DNA of 64,000 bases from Caldisericia bacterium. GTDB taxonomy: Bacteria; Caldisericota; Caldisericia; JAAYUI01. Below the pieces are notes generated by a model, which had not been told where the DNA came from, did no database searches, and was given only the letters and a program-made list of their open reading frames with translations. The stretch covers positions 1,376,001 to 1,440,000 of the forward strand of contig OY771555.1 in NCBI GenBank assembly GCA_963674785.1, in the 5' to 3' direction. Positions 61,632 through 64,000 of the stretch are shown in pieces; within the stretch, counting starts at the first letter, position 1; the number at the start of each line of letters is the position of its first letter. A program made the translations under genes and the position numbers.

Positions 61632-61701
61632 TTATAATCTTTTGGTTGGTGTGTACTTCTTTAAAAGAAATCTCGTTCTATAATTATTGCAAGGAACAAA
61701 T

Positions 61702-62283
61702 ATGAAAACAGATTTTGATAAACAGATGAAATTCATTCATGAAATTGATAAGATGAAATCCATTTTGAGAAACAACAAAACTTTTTCAACAGCAAGGCTT
61801 GAAAATGATGCCGAACACTCATGGCACATATGTGTAATGGCTTTAACTCTGATGGAGTATGCTGATTGCGAAGTTGACATTTTTCGAGTAATCAAAATGC
61901 TTTTGATTCATGATCTTGTAGAGATATACGCAGGCGATGTTATTGTCTACAAACAAAATACAGAAGAGCACCACAATAATGAGCTGTCTGCGGCAAAAAG
62001 AATTTTTGGTATTCTTCCAGAAAAACAATCTACCGAGTTTTTTTCTCTTTGGCAAGAATTTGAAAAAAGAGAGACAAATGATGCGAAGTTTGCAAGAGCA
62101 ATCGACAGATTAGAACCCATAATGCAGATTCATTATCAAAAGGGTGATGCCTGGGTCAGAAACAAAATAACATCTGATAGAATTTTCGAGGCAAACAAGA
62201 TAATTGGTGATGCCAGCCAAAGACTTTGGGAGTATGCGCAAGAGTTGATTAATGAATGTATTGAGAATGGATACATCAAATAG
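61702..62283 (+). CDS. HD domain phosphohydrolase (YfbR/HDDC2-like)
   Basis: ENDAEHSWH, LIHDLVEIYAGD, AIDRLEP. Confidence 0.88.
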   Translation: MKTDFDKQMKFIHEIDKMKSILRNNKTFSTARLENDAEHSWHICVMALTLMEYADCEVDIFRVIKMLLIHDLVEIYAGDVIVYKQNTEEHHNNELSAAKRIFGILPEKQSTEFFSLWQEFEKRETNDAKFARAIDRLEPIMQIHYQKGDAWVRNKITSDRIFEANKIIGDASQRLWEYAQELINECIENGYIK

Positions 62284-62328
62284 AAAAATCCGATATTTTG
62301 TTATACTTAGTTTTGAGGGAGATAAGAT

Positions 62329-63114
62329 ATGAACTCGATTTATGGAAGATGGTACGCCAAATGGTACGACAGTATTGAAACCCAGACAAATGATGTCGAG
62401 TTTTTTATTGAGCTCCTAAAGGGAAATCCAAAAAGAGTTTTTGAAATCTGTTGTGGGACGGGCAGGGTTCTTCTTCCTCTAGCAAGAGAAGGTCACGAAA
62501 TGCATGGGATCGACATGAATAATTTCATGTTGGAGAGATTGTTTGGGAAAGCTTCTGGACTTGAAAATATTCATGTATTGCAGGCGGATGCCTTAAGTGC
62601 CGATTGGGGTGATGGTTTTGATGCTGTGCTTATGGCTGGAAATATTCTCATCAATATTGAAAATGCGTTTACAAGAGAGGATTATATCAAAGCACAGAAG
62701 CTCTTTATGAAAAAGTCTTTCGATGCGCTCAAACCGGGTGGTTTGTTTATTATGGATAATGATATCAGTAGTGAACCAGAGAAGTTTTTTAGACCTTCAG
62801 GTGAGCCAAAAACAAGAAAAATCCCTGCAAATGACGATGGAATTTCAGCAGAAATTACTTACAAATGGTCAAAATACAATAATGAAACCCGGGTTTGTAC
62901 AGGTGAAAATCTTCTTGTTCTTTTTGATGACCAAGGTAGCGAGATAACCAGACACACTAGGAAATATTTGAAGTATTTCCCGACACTACAAGAGCAAACT
63001 GAATGGGTCAAAAACATTGGTTTTAAGTTAGTTGATAGGTGGGGTGATTACAAAAAATCTGCTGTCAGTGATGAAAGTGGTAGGGTGGTGCACTTTGCCA
63101 AAAAACCCGAATAA
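62329..63114 (+). CDS. Class I SAM-dependent methyltransferase
   Basis: FEICCGTGR, GID, LKPGG. Confidence 0.88.
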   Translation: MNSIYGRWYAKWYDSIETQTNDVEFFIELLKGNPKRVFEICCGTGRVLLPLAREGHEMHGIDMNNFMLERLFGKASGLENIHVLQADALSADWGDGFDAVLMAGNILINIENAFTREDYIKAQKLFMKKSFDALKPGGLFIMDNDISSEPEKFFRPSGEPKTRKIPANDDGISAEITYKWSKYNNETRVCTGENLLVLFDDQGSEITRHTRKYLKYFPTLQEQTEWVKNIGFKLVDRWGDYKKSAVSDESGRVVHFAKKPE

Positions 63115-63130
63115 GATTTTGTATTGATAA

Positions 63131-63160
63131 ATGCCTAAATATTACCTATAATTACCTAAA
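63131..63160 (+). repeat. Three 10-bp-phased direct repeats, candidate operator
   Basis: ATGCCTAAAT / ATTACCTATA / ATTACCTAAA overlapping a TATAAT upstream of the HTH gene. Confidence 0.55.
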
Positions 63161-63180
63161 ATGATTTTTGAGGTGCGATT

Positions 63181-63630
63181 ATGGATAACAAGTTCTATTC
63201 AGTGGAAGAAATTTCTAAAACGCTGAAAATGCACGAAAAAACCGTTCAGAGATATATTAGGGAAGGGAAGATAAAGGCGGTTAAGGTTGGGAAGGCATGG
63301 AGGGTAAAAGAAAGTGATCTGAATGCTTTCTTGAGAGAGAATTCCAGCAAAATACATGAGGATTTAAAAACATTTGATCAAGAAACAAGGGAAAACAATA
63401 GAATCAAAATATCTTCAGTTATCGATATTGATGTAGACAGTGTTGACGAAGCAATCAGGATTTCAAATGGTATAACCGGCTCACTAAATTCAAAACCAGA
63501 TGAGTATGGTAAAACATCCTTGAGTATTCAGTTTCTAGAATCAGAAAGAAAACTGAGGATGATGTTTTGGGGCAATTTGAGAATCACAAGAATTCTAATG
63601 GAGATGTTGGAAGGGTATATTGGGAAATAG
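63181..63630 (+). CDS. Excisionase-like (HTH_17) DNA-binding protein with C-terminal domain
   Basis: YSVEEISKTLKMHEKTVQRYIREGKIKAVKVGKAWRV. Confidence 0.85.
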   Translation: MDNKFYSVEEISKTLKMHEKTVQRYIREGKIKAVKVGKAWRVKESDLNAFLRENSSKIHEDLKTFDQETRENNRIKISSVIDIDVDSVDEAIRISNGITGSLNSKPDEYGKTSLSIQFLESERKLRMMFWGNLRITRILMEMLEGYIGK

Positions 63631-63716
63631 TTCTTAAGTCATAACTCTTGAACACTTCTAATAATTACTTATAGTTTCTAAGAAGGTAATAATAGGAATT
63701 AGACAGGAGGATTCTC

Positions 63717-64000
63717 ATGAAAGATTCAAGAGTTTTTAAAAGTGATGAAGGAAGGGATAAGATTCTTTCCTTCTACAGGAAGATTCTCTCTCAAGTTGAG
63801 TTTGAATATGAGGAAAGATTTATTGACACCTCGTATGGAAAAACATATCTGTTGACTGCAGGTGATAAAAGAAATCCTGTTTTAATGCTTTTCCATGGAT
63901 CATGTAGCAGTAGCATCATGTGGCTTGGTGATATGGGTTCTCTTTGTAAAGATTTTTTTGTGGTAAGTGTTGACGTTGTTGGTGAGGCTGGAAGTAGTGA
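63717..64000 (+). CDS. Alpha/beta hydrolase, 3'-truncated by the window edge (not in ORF track)
   Basis: AGGAGG RBS; MKDSRVFKSDEG...TSYGKTY...LMLFHGSCSSSIMW...VDVVGEAGSS. Confidence 0.85.
   Translation, partial: MKDSRVFKSDEGRDKILSFYRKILSQVEFEYEERFIDTSYGKTYLLTAGDKRNPVLMLFHGSCSSSIMWLGDMGSLCKDFFVVSVDVVGEAGSS

Noticed and set aside
63181-63630. Prophage/ICE excisionase
   Set aside because: No integrase or phage genes in the window; the extra C-terminal domain fits a regulator better

Overview
Core chromosomal segment of a low-GC, probably anaerobic bacterium; lineage cannot be fixed from this window. Left to right: the end of an hdrA-mvhD-mvhG-mvhA-maturation protease operon ([NiFe] group 3c); tRNA-Gly(CCC) with a degenerate tandem copy and REP-like palindromes; a serine-pathway operon (class V aminotransferase, serA, DUF1015) behind a structured leader; two paralogous membrane proteins with Ada-type metal-binding tails; the str-S10-spc-alpha ribosomal superoperon with ecfA1/A2/T and truA; rpmB, rplM-rpsI, efp-nusB-acyP; a DUF2226-like/wHTH plus V4R pair; a cell-surface cluster (FecR-Ig protein, stand-alone membrane sensor, Gly/Asp repeat protein, paralogous lipoproteins, one frameshifted and one truncated); clpC-gltX-tRNA-Arg(ACG)-tadA-yhaM; and tRNA-Ser(CGA) followed by accessory genes. 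Most striking: RpoA is 522 aa with three tandem, divergent alpha-CTD-like domains; most readable sigma70-type promoters have 16-bp spacers and many precede apparently leaderless genes; rpmD is missing from the spc cluster; MvhA has substitutions at conserved active-site motif positions; tadA lies beside its substrate tRNA. No CRISPR array, rRNA, transposase or intact integrase was seen. All family calls come from motif recognition by eye, not database searches.
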